Shown here: positions 20,763 through 29,569 of the stretch, in pieces | How positions within the stretch are numbered: the stretch's first letter is position 1 | Layout: each line of letters starts with the position of its first letter | Virus record (IMG/VR): IMGVR_UViG_3300042114_000045 | Location: 1 to 64,000 of that record | Reading direction: 5' to 3' (one strand) | From: a virus | Length of the DNA stretch: 64,000 nucleotides | Program-made: the position numbers and the translations under genes | Notes under the pieces: model-generated | Databases searched by the model: none | What the model saw: the letters and a program-made list of their open reading frames with translations, nothing else | What the model was told of the DNA's origin: nothing

Positions 20763-22849
20763 TAAAATAACTTCCCTATTCTTATTCTCTCAACACCGCT
20801 ACTAAGTATACTAATACCATCTTTATCAAGATACATACCACTAGCACCAGGTTTCCACGTACCATTTGTTTCCTTTAACGTACCACCAAACACAAGTTCA
20901 TTCGTAGATATTTTACCGCCAGATATAGTCGTAACATTAGACATATCAGAGTTTGCTTTAGCACCAGTGTTAGTTACACCACCACCTATGTCTATACTTT
21001 TTATTTTAATTGAACTACCACTGTTTACTAGTGAAAACTTAACATTCTTAATTCTTGTATTGACTGAACGCCATGCTCCAGTCATAGGTATATCTAAGGA
21101 TACCCATCTATTACATTGGTCTGTTGTCAGTGTAGTAACCTTACTTCCTGTAGCATTAGTAACAAATAAACCACTTGCTGCATCATAACACTCTGTTGTA
21201 TACTCAATATTTCCTTTAAATGAAGCTAAGTTAGAGCATACAATAAGTCTAATAGTAGGATTTTCAAATCCACATACGTTTACTTGACTAGCATTAATAT
21301 ACGATGTGCTATTACTAGCAGTTACTAAAGCATACTTACCGTCAATATCACCAGCTGAAGCTGTCATACCAGTAACGGTTGTGTCTACCTTTGTTATGTT
21401 ACCACTATACAACGACGGGTCAACACCTTCAAATGTTACGTTGTAACTAGTACCAAACGTAGGTGAAACTGTAAATGGACTTGTATCAGTATTAGTGAAA
21501 TCAACTACGCCATTAAATTTTATCTTATTTGGGTGCCCTTGAATACCATCTGAAACTACGGTGAATGCACTGCTAAACGCTGCATTATCAGTTGTACTCT
21601 CGCCATTAGTAAGAATAAAGCAGTTAGCAGCTATTTTAAACACACTACTACTATCGCTACCGTCATACATAGACCAACCTGTTATAGCTCCATTAGACCC
21701 TTTGATAAGTTTCTCAGAGTATGCTGCCCATCCAATTATACTTTTAGCACAACCACAAGTAGCATAATCAGTACTAACATTTGCTGCATCATCTGAAGCA
21801 CCAAGTATAGTTCCGTTAAATAATTTTATTTTATGTAACTTAGGATCAATTTCTCCGATACTTACTGGGTAAGTTGTAGTGGTATCTACCCATATATCAT
21901 ATTTCTTTAGGCTAGCAATACTAGGAGAAACAGAACAACTGATAACTTTTCTATTAGCTAAATACTTAGCGTCACTAGCAAGTTCACCAATAGGTACAAC
22001 AGCAGTGTTAATACAAGTATCAACATAGGTACACGCACCGTTATCTAACGGTAACCAACCAATAGCACTACCGGCAAATCTATATGTAGTATTGTTATTA
22101 AAACATAGTACACCAATAGGAGGATTGGCTTCACCATTTATAGTCCATAGAGGATGAGAACTACTCCATTCTCTTTGTACCCCAGCAAATATACCATCAA
22201 CAGATGACAAACTAGTTGAGAATCCACCAATACATGTACCTAAGCAATCTATCTTATCTACTAACAAATCTTGATTTGTAACTACTGAGTTGTAGCTACT
22301 AGTGTAATCAACTATATTACCTTCGACATTCTGTAACCTATCCATAGTGCTTTGAAATGCATTTGTTATACTGAGAGGATTACCATTAGTATCTGTTAAT
22401 GTGCTAATCCTTGCATTACTAAAATCAGTATTAAGAATGTAAGCTTCAGGTATTTTATCACCATCTACGTCTTTAGCGATGTAACTAGCATCCAACGTAG
22501 ATAATATCCTATTTGATAGAATACCATCAGGTGACATAATACAGTTATCAATATAAGCACAAGTATTAACGATAGCTACGTCTCTTCCTCTAAACTCGTC
22601 CAGTAGACAGTTTTGTAGTGTACTAATACTAACATAGTCGCATAATATGTGAGCTGGTATATCATAGTGTATATAAGCACTAGCTTGGTATGGAGTTATT
22701 GTAAATGCATCATTAGCACCAAGAGTAGTTTTACAAGCGATTGTACTGGCATCAATATTAGTATCAGTTATAACTATACTAGTTTGTGTGTCAGCATACC
22801 CCAACTCTAGTCTATCAGCAGTTAGTACTTCTAAGTAACCTACTGCCAT
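20762..22849 (-). CDS. Tail tip/central fibre protein (DUF1983, gpJ C-terminal-like)
   Basis: GAITGW......S.FKIAANCFIL (cf. F.V.ADRF), TTISGGKIST, C-terminal GVERIRIGKL. Confidence 0.6.
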   Translation of the reverse strand: MAVGYLEVLTADRLELGYADTQTSIVITDTNIDASTIACKTTLGANDAFTITPYQASAYIHYDIPAHILCDYVSISTLQNCLLDEFRGRDVAIVNTCAYIDNCIMSPDGILSNRILSTLDASYIAKDVDGDKIPEAYILNTDFSNARISTLTDTNGNPLSITNAFQSTMDRLQNVEGNIVDYTSSYNSVVTNQDLLVDKIDCLGTCIGGFSTSLSSVDGIFAGVQREWSSSHPLWTINGEANPPIGVLCFNNNTTYRFAGSAIGWLPLDNGACTYVDTCINTAVVPIGELASDAKYLANRKVISCSVSPSIASLKKYDIWVDTTTTYPVSIGEIDPKLHKIKLFNGTILGASDDAANVSTDYATCGCAKSIIGWAAYSEKLIKGSNGAITGWSMYDGSDSSSVFKIAANCFILTNGESTTDNAAFSSAFTVVSDGIQGHPNKIKFNGVVDFTNTDTSPFTVSPTFGTSYNVTFEGVDPSLYSGNITKVDTTVTGMTASAGDIDGKYALVTASNSTSYINASQVNVCGFENPTIRLIVCSNLASFKGNIEYTTECYDAASGLFVTNATGSKVTTLTTDQCNRWVSLDIPMTGAWRSVNTRIKNVKFSLVNSGSSIKIKSIDIGGGVTNTGAKANSDMSNVTTISGGKISTNELVFGGTLKETNGTWKPGASGMYLDKDGISILSSGVERIRIGKLF

Positions 22850-22850
22850 A

Positions 22851-23654
22851 TTACATCCTTACCGCTAGGTTTCCTCTTAGTATTCTCATCTCTCTACTAG
22901 AAGTATTGCTTGTTATTCCTCGTAAGGCATCTGTAAATTTTTCATATAAAGTTATTACATAGTAGTAGTTAAATACTGTATCGAAAGGATCAGAAGTATT
23001 ACCTGTTCGTATTTTCATTATGTCACTACTTTCAATATTAATAACACATTCACCATTAAACAGATCACTACCTTTATACTCTTCGTCAAATCGTTTTACA
23101 ATTACACCTAAACTAGGTTGTACTGCAGTCCAGTTAGCAGGTGTTGCACTAATATCAGCAATAGTTTTGTTACTACCAGAAGTATTTTTGAAAATAACAC
23201 CAGATGAACTATCAACTACTGTTTCTTCTGCGGCCACTTCTTGAACACCGTTAGTCGATGTTTTAACATATGTAGCAGCTGTAATAGCGTTACCATCACG
23301 TTTCCACACAGCTACATTATCATAGTCCGTGTCAATTACTACATCTACGGGTGCTGCAGTTATGTTCTTGTACGCTACCATTTCGTTAGTGTCATAAACT
23401 TTTTCTCCAATACCAACGGTACCTACTTCACCCTTAAGATACTTACAATCATGTCTCTTACCATTTTTGTGGAATATTTGTAGTACCCATCCCCAAGCTT
23501 CATCAAGGTATTCGGCTGGTTTTGTAACAGGAACTCCATTACCTATATAACCAGATAAGTTACGATTTAGTAAACCATCATCTTCTTTTATTTTAAGAAT
23601 TAATCGATAGTCACTACCTTTTTCTAGAATTATTTTTTTATCTGCTGCTGTCAT
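22851..23654 (-). CDS. Tail/baseplate adaptor-like protein
   Basis: N-terminal ILEKGSDY and C-terminal RILRGNLAV, BppU/fibre-adaptor-like ends. Confidence 0.45.
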   Translation of the reverse strand: MTAADKKIILEKGSDYRLILKIKEDDGLLNRNLSGYIGNGVPVTKPAEYLDEAWGWVLQIFHKNGKRHDCKYLKGEVGTVGIGEKVYDTNEMVAYKNITAAPVDVVIDTDYDNVAVWKRDGNAITAATYVKTSTNGVQEVAAEETVVDSSSGVIFKNTSGSNKTIADISATPANWTAVQPSLGVIVKRFDEEYKGSDLFNGECVINIESSDIMKIRTGNTSDPFDTVFNYYYVITLYEKFTDALRGITSNTSSREMRILRGNLAVRM

Positions 23655-23662
23655 ATTAATCC

Positions 23663-24169
23663 TTATTTACTTAGCATACTAGGAAGTTTGCTAAGTTTTA
23701 CTTTAGCTTCTTCTACAAGCATCTGTCTCTCAACAATACCTAGTCTATTAACATTAGGAGTACTCGTAGCTGTACCATTTATATAATCTACGGTTACGTC
23801 TACTGGGAAGTTACTTTCTAGTTGTAGTTTTTTTGATAAAACATCGATTTGTGTTGCTATCTTTTGTAGTAGTTTAATTTCATTATCTACGCGTATACCA
23901 TCAATTTGCGCTTCTACTAACTTTTCTTGTAGTGCATACTGTATACTTTGAGTTATTACTGTTTGTAAACTACCTAAGTAAACATCAGCGTATTTGTTAT
24001 CATCAATACGACCATTGTCATACTGTATAGAAGTAGCATCATTTATTACTTGTATAAGTTTATCTAGTATACCTGGAGTTTGTCCTGCGTCTAAAGTCCA
24101 TGCATATTGGTTATCTACTAGAGCTTTATGTCCGACACTTATATCTTCTATGGTGATATTTGTTGCCAT
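23663..24169 (-). CDS. Tail structural protein (N4 gp54-like)
   Basis: G.LDKL......GRI....YADVYLG.LQ.V pattern; synteny downstream of the capsid gene. Confidence 0.55.
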   Translation of the reverse strand: MATNITIEDISVGHKALVDNQYAWTLDAGQTPGILDKLIQVINDATSIQYDNGRIDDNKYADVYLGSLQTVITQSIQYALQEKLVEAQIDGIRVDNEIKLLQKIATQIDVLSKKLQLESNFPVDVTVDYINGTATSTPNVNRLGIVERQMLVEEAKVKLSKLPSMLSK

Positions 24170-24282
24170 TAATTATCCTTACTATCATATTTATATAGTA
24201 TAGTACAATAATATAGCTTAAGATTTGTTTTAAAGTGGGAAGTTGTATATTAAGGTAATTGGTAAGCTATGCAGCCAAAGGG

Positions 24283-24801
24283 CTACATACTACCAGCGTC
24301 AGAGACAGAGAATCTACTTCTCATGTGAACTTCACTTAAACCTGTTTGTGGGTTTAGTGTGTGTTGTGGAATCATAATTTCTTTAAGAACATCGAGATGC
24401 CCTTGTCTTACTTCAACAGGTAAGTTAAGAGGTAGTACCATAGTACCAAGGTCATAAAACTCATTAGAGCAGTTAACTGTAAATGAATTTGTTTTGTTAT
24501 TTGTTCTTTGATCATTATCAACGATATAAACAACTCTTGTTTTTCTTGCAGCAGCTTCTAACTGTGCAGCAACTTCTCTCATCGACATTACTCGTTTTTC
24601 AGCAGATATAATACCAGCTTTAACTACATCTAGACCTGAGTCTTCAGCAATTTCTGTTTTAACAGTGTGTACTATTCCAGTTTCTTGTGATTCATAAAAA
24701 GCATCAATTTTTTCCTTGAGTTTTAACTCTCCGATATTCTTACTATAAACTATACCTAGTTCATCAGCTTCTTTTTTTAGTTCTTCTATTTTGTCGTTCA
24801 T
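24283..24801 (-). CDS. N4 gp55-like protein
   Basis: LKKEADELGIVYSKNIG..KL N-terminal HeH-like motif; directly downstream of the capsid gene. Confidence 0.6.
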   Translation of the reverse strand: MNDKIEELKKEADELGIVYSKNIGELKLKEKIDAFYESQETGIVHTVKTEIAEDSGLDVVKAGIISAEKRVMSMREVAAQLEAAARKTRVVYIVDNDQRTNNKTNSFTVNCSNEFYDLGTMVLPLNLPVEVRQGHLDVLKEIMIPQHTLNPQTGLSEVHMRSRFSVSDAGSM

Positions 24802-24863
24802 TTCTAATTCCTTATTGGTTTTTTAGTTATTTTACTAATAGTAGTATTATAGGGTAAGTTGTA

Positions 24864-24889
24864 TTAAGAGAGGCTTAAGCCTCACTCAA
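24864..24889 (-). terminator. Hairpin downstream of the major capsid gene
   Basis: GAGGC-TTAA-GCCTC core with extendable stem; no clear U-tract. Confidence 0.3.
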
Positions 24890-24898
24890 CGTCTAGGC

Positions 24899-26128
24899 TT
24901 ATTTAGAAGCTAGTACGTCTACTCTTAATAGTTTTTCTTCTTCAAGGATAATTCCAGCGTACCAGAAGTTATAAGAGAAGAAACCTTGTGTTCCGTATGG
25001 GTTGATTAGCTCAACTTGCTCAGGAGATTTGCTGTTAAACTTGATTTTATCGTTACCTTTAAGACCAACAGTTGCGAATGCACCTTGAGTTGGGTAAAGG
25101 ATTGGGAATACGTCAAAGTATGTTCCAGCAACAGCACCTAAACCTCTAGCAGCTACAGCAGCAGCATTGTCAGCAAAAGTTGTAGCACTTAAAGAACCTG
25201 TGTATCCAGCTGTAACCTCAGCACCTTTACCGTAGTAAACAACAGCTTGTTCAGCTTCAACGAAAATAGTTTCGTGCATTGAACCAACTTCACCTTGTAC
25301 ATATGTACCAGCATCAGCATATTTGTGAACAGGTGTAAACACGTATTCTTTCTCATATCCTGTACCTCTTGTTAAGTTCTCAAGGTCAGCTTTAACATCA
25401 GCACCAATTACAGCATAGAATGCTTTAGCAACTGTTTTTGTATCAATTTTTGTTGAACCAGTAACCATTGAACTTGTTTTTTTAGCTCTGTTTCTAACAA
25501 GTTTTCTACTTGCAGCTCTGATAAGGTCGTAAGAAACTTTCCATGAAGCATCTGCAGCACCAAGAGCATCAACACCTGTACCTAACGTAGCCATACTTGA
25601 AGCAGCACCTGCATACATTTTAGTAGTTGTACTTAACAAATCCATTTGAATTAAGTCTTCGTATCTAACGTTAGCTAATTCACCTAGTTCTTCTCTATAT
25701 TTAACTTGGATAAAATCCTCTGAAAACATATCTACTTCATCAGTAAAGTCCATCATTTCACCATATCTAGCGAAGCTAGTATCGAATGTAACTTTTTGTA
25801 ATGATCTTTTGTTTTGTGCACCTGCACCTTCACTTAATCCAGCACTCGCTAAAGCAGCAGATACAGCATCAGCACTTCTTGCAGTCATAAAACCTTTTGC
25901 AGCAAAATCACCATCAGTAGCTAAGTTTCTATCATACATATGTAAGAACTTACTAATTTTAAATGTTTTACCCATATTCAATGGCATAGATTTTCTATCC
26001 GCGAATTGTCCATAAACTTCAACTCTGTTTGCTGCTTTAATACCAGCCCTGTCATAAAAATGCGTTATCGTATTAGCACCAGCTGTTGCTGTTGTTGTAC
26101 CATTACCGTATACGTTTGTTATTGCCAT
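24899..26128 (-). CDS. Major capsid protein (N4 gp56 family)
   Basis: QFAD...MP...GKT.K, YG....TDE, GEVG, F.TVGL, PYG..GF.S..FWY motifs; strongly biased codons. Confidence 0.9.
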   Translation of the reverse strand: MAITNVYGNGTTTATAGANTITHFYDRAGIKAANRVEVYGQFADRKSMPLNMGKTFKISKFLHMYDRNLATDGDFAAKGFMTARSADAVSAALASAGLSEGAGAQNKRSLQKVTFDTSFARYGEMMDFTDEVDMFSEDFIQVKYREELGELANVRYEDLIQMDLLSTTTKMYAGAASSMATLGTGVDALGAADASWKVSYDLIRAASRKLVRNRAKKTSSMVTGSTKIDTKTVAKAFYAVIGADVKADLENLTRGTGYEKEYVFTPVHKYADAGTYVQGEVGSMHETIFVEAEQAVVYYGKGAEVTAGYTGSLSATTFADNAAAVAARGLGAVAGTYFDVFPILYPTQGAFATVGLKGNDKIKFNSKSPEQVELINPYGTQGFFSYNFWYAGIILEEEKLLRVDVLASK

Positions 26129-26169
26129 GTGTTTTCCTTATTTGGTTATATCTTTCTCTAACGAGAAGG

Positions 26170-27324
26170 CTAGTATTTAGCCTGTAACTCGTTATACCAC
26201 GCATCGTAGCTTTCTTCTGAATCGTCTAGATAATCTACAATTGTCTTACCAGCTTTCGCTTTGGTAGGAACAGCAGCCTTTCTAGCTTCAGCAGCAGCTT
26301 TCGTTGCATTTCTACTTTCCGTTTGTTTCTTAACTTCTGCAATTCTGTCAACAACAGGAGCTACAGCAACTACTTTTGGTACTACTGGTGCAACCTGTGC
26401 TTTCTGTGCGTTAAGAGTAGCAAAGTTGTTAATCGCTTTATTGTTGTGGTACTTAGTACCAGCTTCTATAAAGTACTCTAAGTCACTTTTAATTCCATCA
26501 TCTAAAGCTTTTAACTTCTGTGCTTCTGCATACACAAACTTATAGTCACCGTTTTTAACATCAACATGTAGACTCTCAATAAGCTTAGGGTTTTTAAAGA
26601 ATTCTGTTCTAGAACGTTCATCCCATTTATTTGCTATGATATCAGCTGTTATACCGAAATCAGCATCTCCCTCAAACTTTGATACTACATCTTGAATAGC
26701 TATCTCCGTATCATCTCGACCATAATTCTTTGGCTGATAATTAATGTTATCTGTGTCTAATTCGAGGGCATCAACGCCAGTTCGTTTCATTACACTTGCA
26801 ATAGCATTCTTATCGCCCTTAAGTACATCTATGAAAAGATTAACATCGTCATGTGTTAAACCATTATCTTTCAGCGCGCTTATGGTTTTTCTCCAAGGAG
26901 AAATCTCTTGCATTTTCTTCGTATAATCCATTGCTTTTGGAGCTAGTTGTAACAACTCAGGTAGTTCAAAATCGAACTCTTGTCCATTTGCTTTAACTTT
27001 ATACTTTTGTACTTCTTGTACCTTTGGTTCTTCTATCGTTACTACTTCTTCTACTGGTTCAGCAATTTCCCCGTCAGGATCTACTGAGGCATCATCATTA
27101 ACAACTACAGGGTCATTTTGTGTACTATTATCATCGGAGTCCTCACCGGGTTGTTCCAATTCTTCTTCTTCTTCTTCGTACTCAATTTCTTCTTCTATCT
27201 CTTCTACTGGATCTTCATCCATGTCATTCTGTAATTCTGCCACACCTGAACTTAATTCTTCCTTAGCCGCATAAAAAGCTACTTCTAGCTCTTCATCTGT
27301 CATATCATATATACTTTTTGACAT
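26170..27324 (-). CDS. Capsid scaffold-like protein (N4 gp57 family)
   Basis: Acidic N-terminus, KANGQEF, MDYTKKMQ motif; immediately upstream of the capsid gene. Confidence 0.75.
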   Translation of the reverse strand: MSKSIYDMTDEELEVAFYAAKEELSSGVAELQNDMDEDPVEEIEEEIEYEEEEEELEQPGEDSDDNSTQNDPVVVNDDASVDPDGEIAEPVEEVVTIEEPKVQEVQKYKVKANGQEFDFELPELLQLAPKAMDYTKKMQEISPWRKTISALKDNGLTHDDVNLFIDVLKGDKNAIASVMKRTGVDALELDTDNINYQPKNYGRDDTEIAIQDVVSKFEGDADFGITADIIANKWDERSRTEFFKNPKLIESLHVDVKNGDYKFVYAEAQKLKALDDGIKSDLEYFIEAGTKYHNNKAINNFATLNAQKAQVAPVVPKVVAVAPVVDRIAEVKKQTESRNATKAAAEARKAAVPTKAKAGKTIVDYLDDSEESYDAWYNELQAKY

Positions 27325-27327
27325 ATA

Positions 27328-27648
27328 TTACTCCTGACCGAATTCCGCTTCATAAGCGTCGTCTTCAGCGATTGATCCTATATTCTTAATAGTAATAAAG
27401 TGGTCTTGTAAATGGCTGATAGCAATAAGTGCTTCCATAACATCAGGTCTTGCACCAGATCTTTTTATATCATCTCTAGCAAGTAAGCTAACTTTTCTAG
27501 CTGCAGCTTCTGTGAAATAACCAGTTAATATAAGTGTTTTAAAGTCTTCGTTTTGCTCTAATCTTTTCAACGCTTCAAACTGTCTTACCCAGTATGTTTG
27601 TTCTCTTGTTTCTAATTCTACTTCTTCGTTTTCCGTTTGGTTAGTCAT
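27328..27648 (-). CDS. N4 gp58-like protein
   Basis: AL.RL..N.DFK.LIL.GYF..EA.R motif; synteny. Confidence 0.65.
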   Translation of the reverse strand: MTNQTENEEVELETREQTYWVRQFEALKRLEQNEDFKTLILTGYFTEAAARKVSLLARDDIKRSGARPDVMEALIAISHLQDHFITIKNIGSIAEDDAYEAEFGQE

Positions 27649-27740
27649 ATTGACTCCTTAGTTTTATTGATTTAGTATCTTAATGACCTTAGTCTAAGTT
27701 TACTTATAGTAATAATACTACAAGTATGCTTAATAGTACT

Positions 27741-28100
27741 TTAACTCAACTCTTTCATTTTGTATAAAGTACTTCTGTACAACGCTTGAATTTCTTGAAA
27801 TATGTTACTAATGTATTCATCATCACATTTTTTACATAGATTCTCGAGCATTGTAAGCTGAGTAGTAATTCCAGCAATTGGATCATCTATATCACCTTTC
27901 ATATCTACGAACGGTATATTTAGTTTACCGTATTTTCCTTGCGTAGCTTCAGCCAATGCATCAGCCAAATCTACGATTTCGTCATAAAACTTGTTTAGAG
28001 CTTTATGCTTAGAATAACTACCTGTTTTTAAGTGTGCCATATGTGAGTACGTTCTACTCATAAATAGGACACCTATTATTTTTCCTATACTTTCACTCAT
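27741..28100 (-). CDS. Ferritin/Dps-like four-helix bundle protein (DUF5856-like)
   Basis: H..HL.T.SY..HKAL..FY......D.LAE..QG.YG; ATG at 28100 after GGAGG. Confidence 0.7.
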   Translation of the reverse strand: MSESIGKIIGVLFMSRTYSHMAHLKTGSYSKHKALNKFYDEIVDLADALAEATQGKYGKLNIPFVDMKGDIDDPIAGITTQLTMLENLCKKCDDEYISNIFQEIQALYRSTLYKMKELS

Positions 28101-28160
28101 ATTGACCCCTCCCAATTTCTACCTGCAACTCTGTCACTCTTTGCTTGCTCTCTTAATGTA

Positions 28161-28946
28161 TCAAGTAAAGGATTTTTTTTGCATTTCCTGCAGTTTAATA
28201 GTTTTTGATATACTTGGTTCTACAATATTTTTACTAATGTCACTAGCTAATGCTTTTCTTGGGTTGTTAGCTTTAGCTTCATTTATCATCATATCAATAG
28301 CTGCATCACTTTTAACATCTCTAGTAGGTGTTGAATCAACTGCAGTAACTACGTTCGTAGTTGCTTGTTTTGTAACTGGCGTTGAAGCTTTAAACCCACC
28401 GAATAGTTTACCGTTATCATTAGTTACAGATATACCTGCTTTCTTCATTGCAGCAAACGTCTGTGGTCCAAACTTACCATCTAATGTAGCGTTAGGGTCA
28501 TTCTCTTTAAACCCCATACGTTTTTGAATATCGTACACAGTGTCTTTACCTTTAAGCTCAGAGAGTGAGAATGAGTTATCAACTACTGGTTTACTATTAG
28601 ATGGTGTTGAAGGTACTGAAGCTGTTTGTTGTTTAAGTACTGGCTTACCATGAATTCTATTTTTAGCTTCATCACTACCTGCAAATACTGGCTTAAACTT
28701 TCCTTTACTAAGTACATCATTTGCCGTATGTCCATCAGTAAGCCATTTCATAGCTTCATATGTAGACGTAGCTGCAATAATTGGTAATGAAACTTTTTTA
28801 CTTACAGCTTTTATAGCACTTAGTCCTTCACCAGCTCCTTTTGATATTGCTCCAGCTGCCGGAGAATTCGCCATAGACCCAAAGTAGTTTATACCTGATT
28901 TTAGTGTGTTTCTACCAAAGGTACTTAATGCTTCACCATTCCACAT
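28161..28946 (-). CDS. Hypothetical protein with a peptidoglycan-binding-like motif
   Basis: V..IQK.MG......DGKFGPQT.AA. Confidence 0.5.
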   Translation of the reverse strand: MWNGEALSTFGRNTLKSGINYFGSMANSPAAGAISKGAGEGLSAIKAVSKKVSLPIIAATSTYEAMKWLTDGHTANDVLSKGKFKPVFAGSDEAKNRIHGKPVLKQQTASVPSTPSNSKPVVDNSFSLSELKGKDTVYDIQKRMGFKENDPNATLDGKFGPQTFAAMKKAGISVTNDNGKLFGGFKASTPVTKQATTNVVTAVDSTPTRDVKSDAAIDMMINEAKANNPRKALASDISKNIVEPSISKTIKLQEMQKKSFT

Positions 28947-28947
28947 A

Positions 28948-29229
28948 CTAAGCCTTTTTACCTAGGTTAAGTGTTTGTAATAGTTTACTTAAAGCTACTT
29001 GTTCACCAGTTTGTAAACCTTGTTGATGACCAGCTACCATACCTTGTTGTGCACCAATCTTAGCGGCATCAGCCAACTCAGCTTGTTTTACAGCATCAGC
29101 TTGTGCTTTATTATTTTGTGCAACAATACCATCTAAAGCTTTTGCTTTAGCAGCATTAATCTGTGCTTCATTATTAAATGTTTGTTTAAATTTATCGGCA
29201 TTTGCCATTGTTTCTATATATCCAGCCAT
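28948..29229 (-). CDS. Hypothetical Ala/Gln-rich protein
   Basis: ORF packed in the operon with an SD. Confidence 0.55.
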   Translation of the reverse strand: MAGYIETMANADKFKQTFNNEAQINAAKAKALDGIVAQNNKAQADAVKQAELADAAKIGAQQGMVAGHQQGLQTGEQVALSKLLQTLNLGKKA

Positions 29230-29230
29230 A

Positions 29231-29515
29231 TTACGCTCCCATCTTACTTAAACTTAAAGGTTGTACTTGTTGTTGTTGTGCAGTATCTGCAGCGACGTCA
29301 GTAGTTTGTCCTTGACCTTGAACTTCTTGTCCTTGACCTTGCTGAATCATCTGTACAGCATATTCAATTATTTCTTTTGGAACACCCATTTGAGCTAACT
29401 CATCAGGAGTATGCCCTTGTTGTAACATCTGTATAACTTGCATCAGAAGTTCTTTCATCTTTGCTTCGTCCATACCACCAGTTCCTGATGCACTTAATCC
29501 TTGTTGTTCTTCCAT
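29231..29515 (-). CDS. Hypothetical Gln-rich protein
   Basis: AAGGA SD; own promoter at about 29541-29562. Confidence 0.6.
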   Translation of the reverse strand: MEEQQGLSASGTGGMDEAKMKELLMQVIQMLQQGHTPDELAQMGVPKEIIEYAVQMIQQGQGQEVQGQGQTTDVAADTAQQQQVQPLSLSKMGA

Positions 29516-29569
29516 ACTAATTCCTTAATCTTTTATATTTATTATAGCAAACGCACTATTAATGACAAC

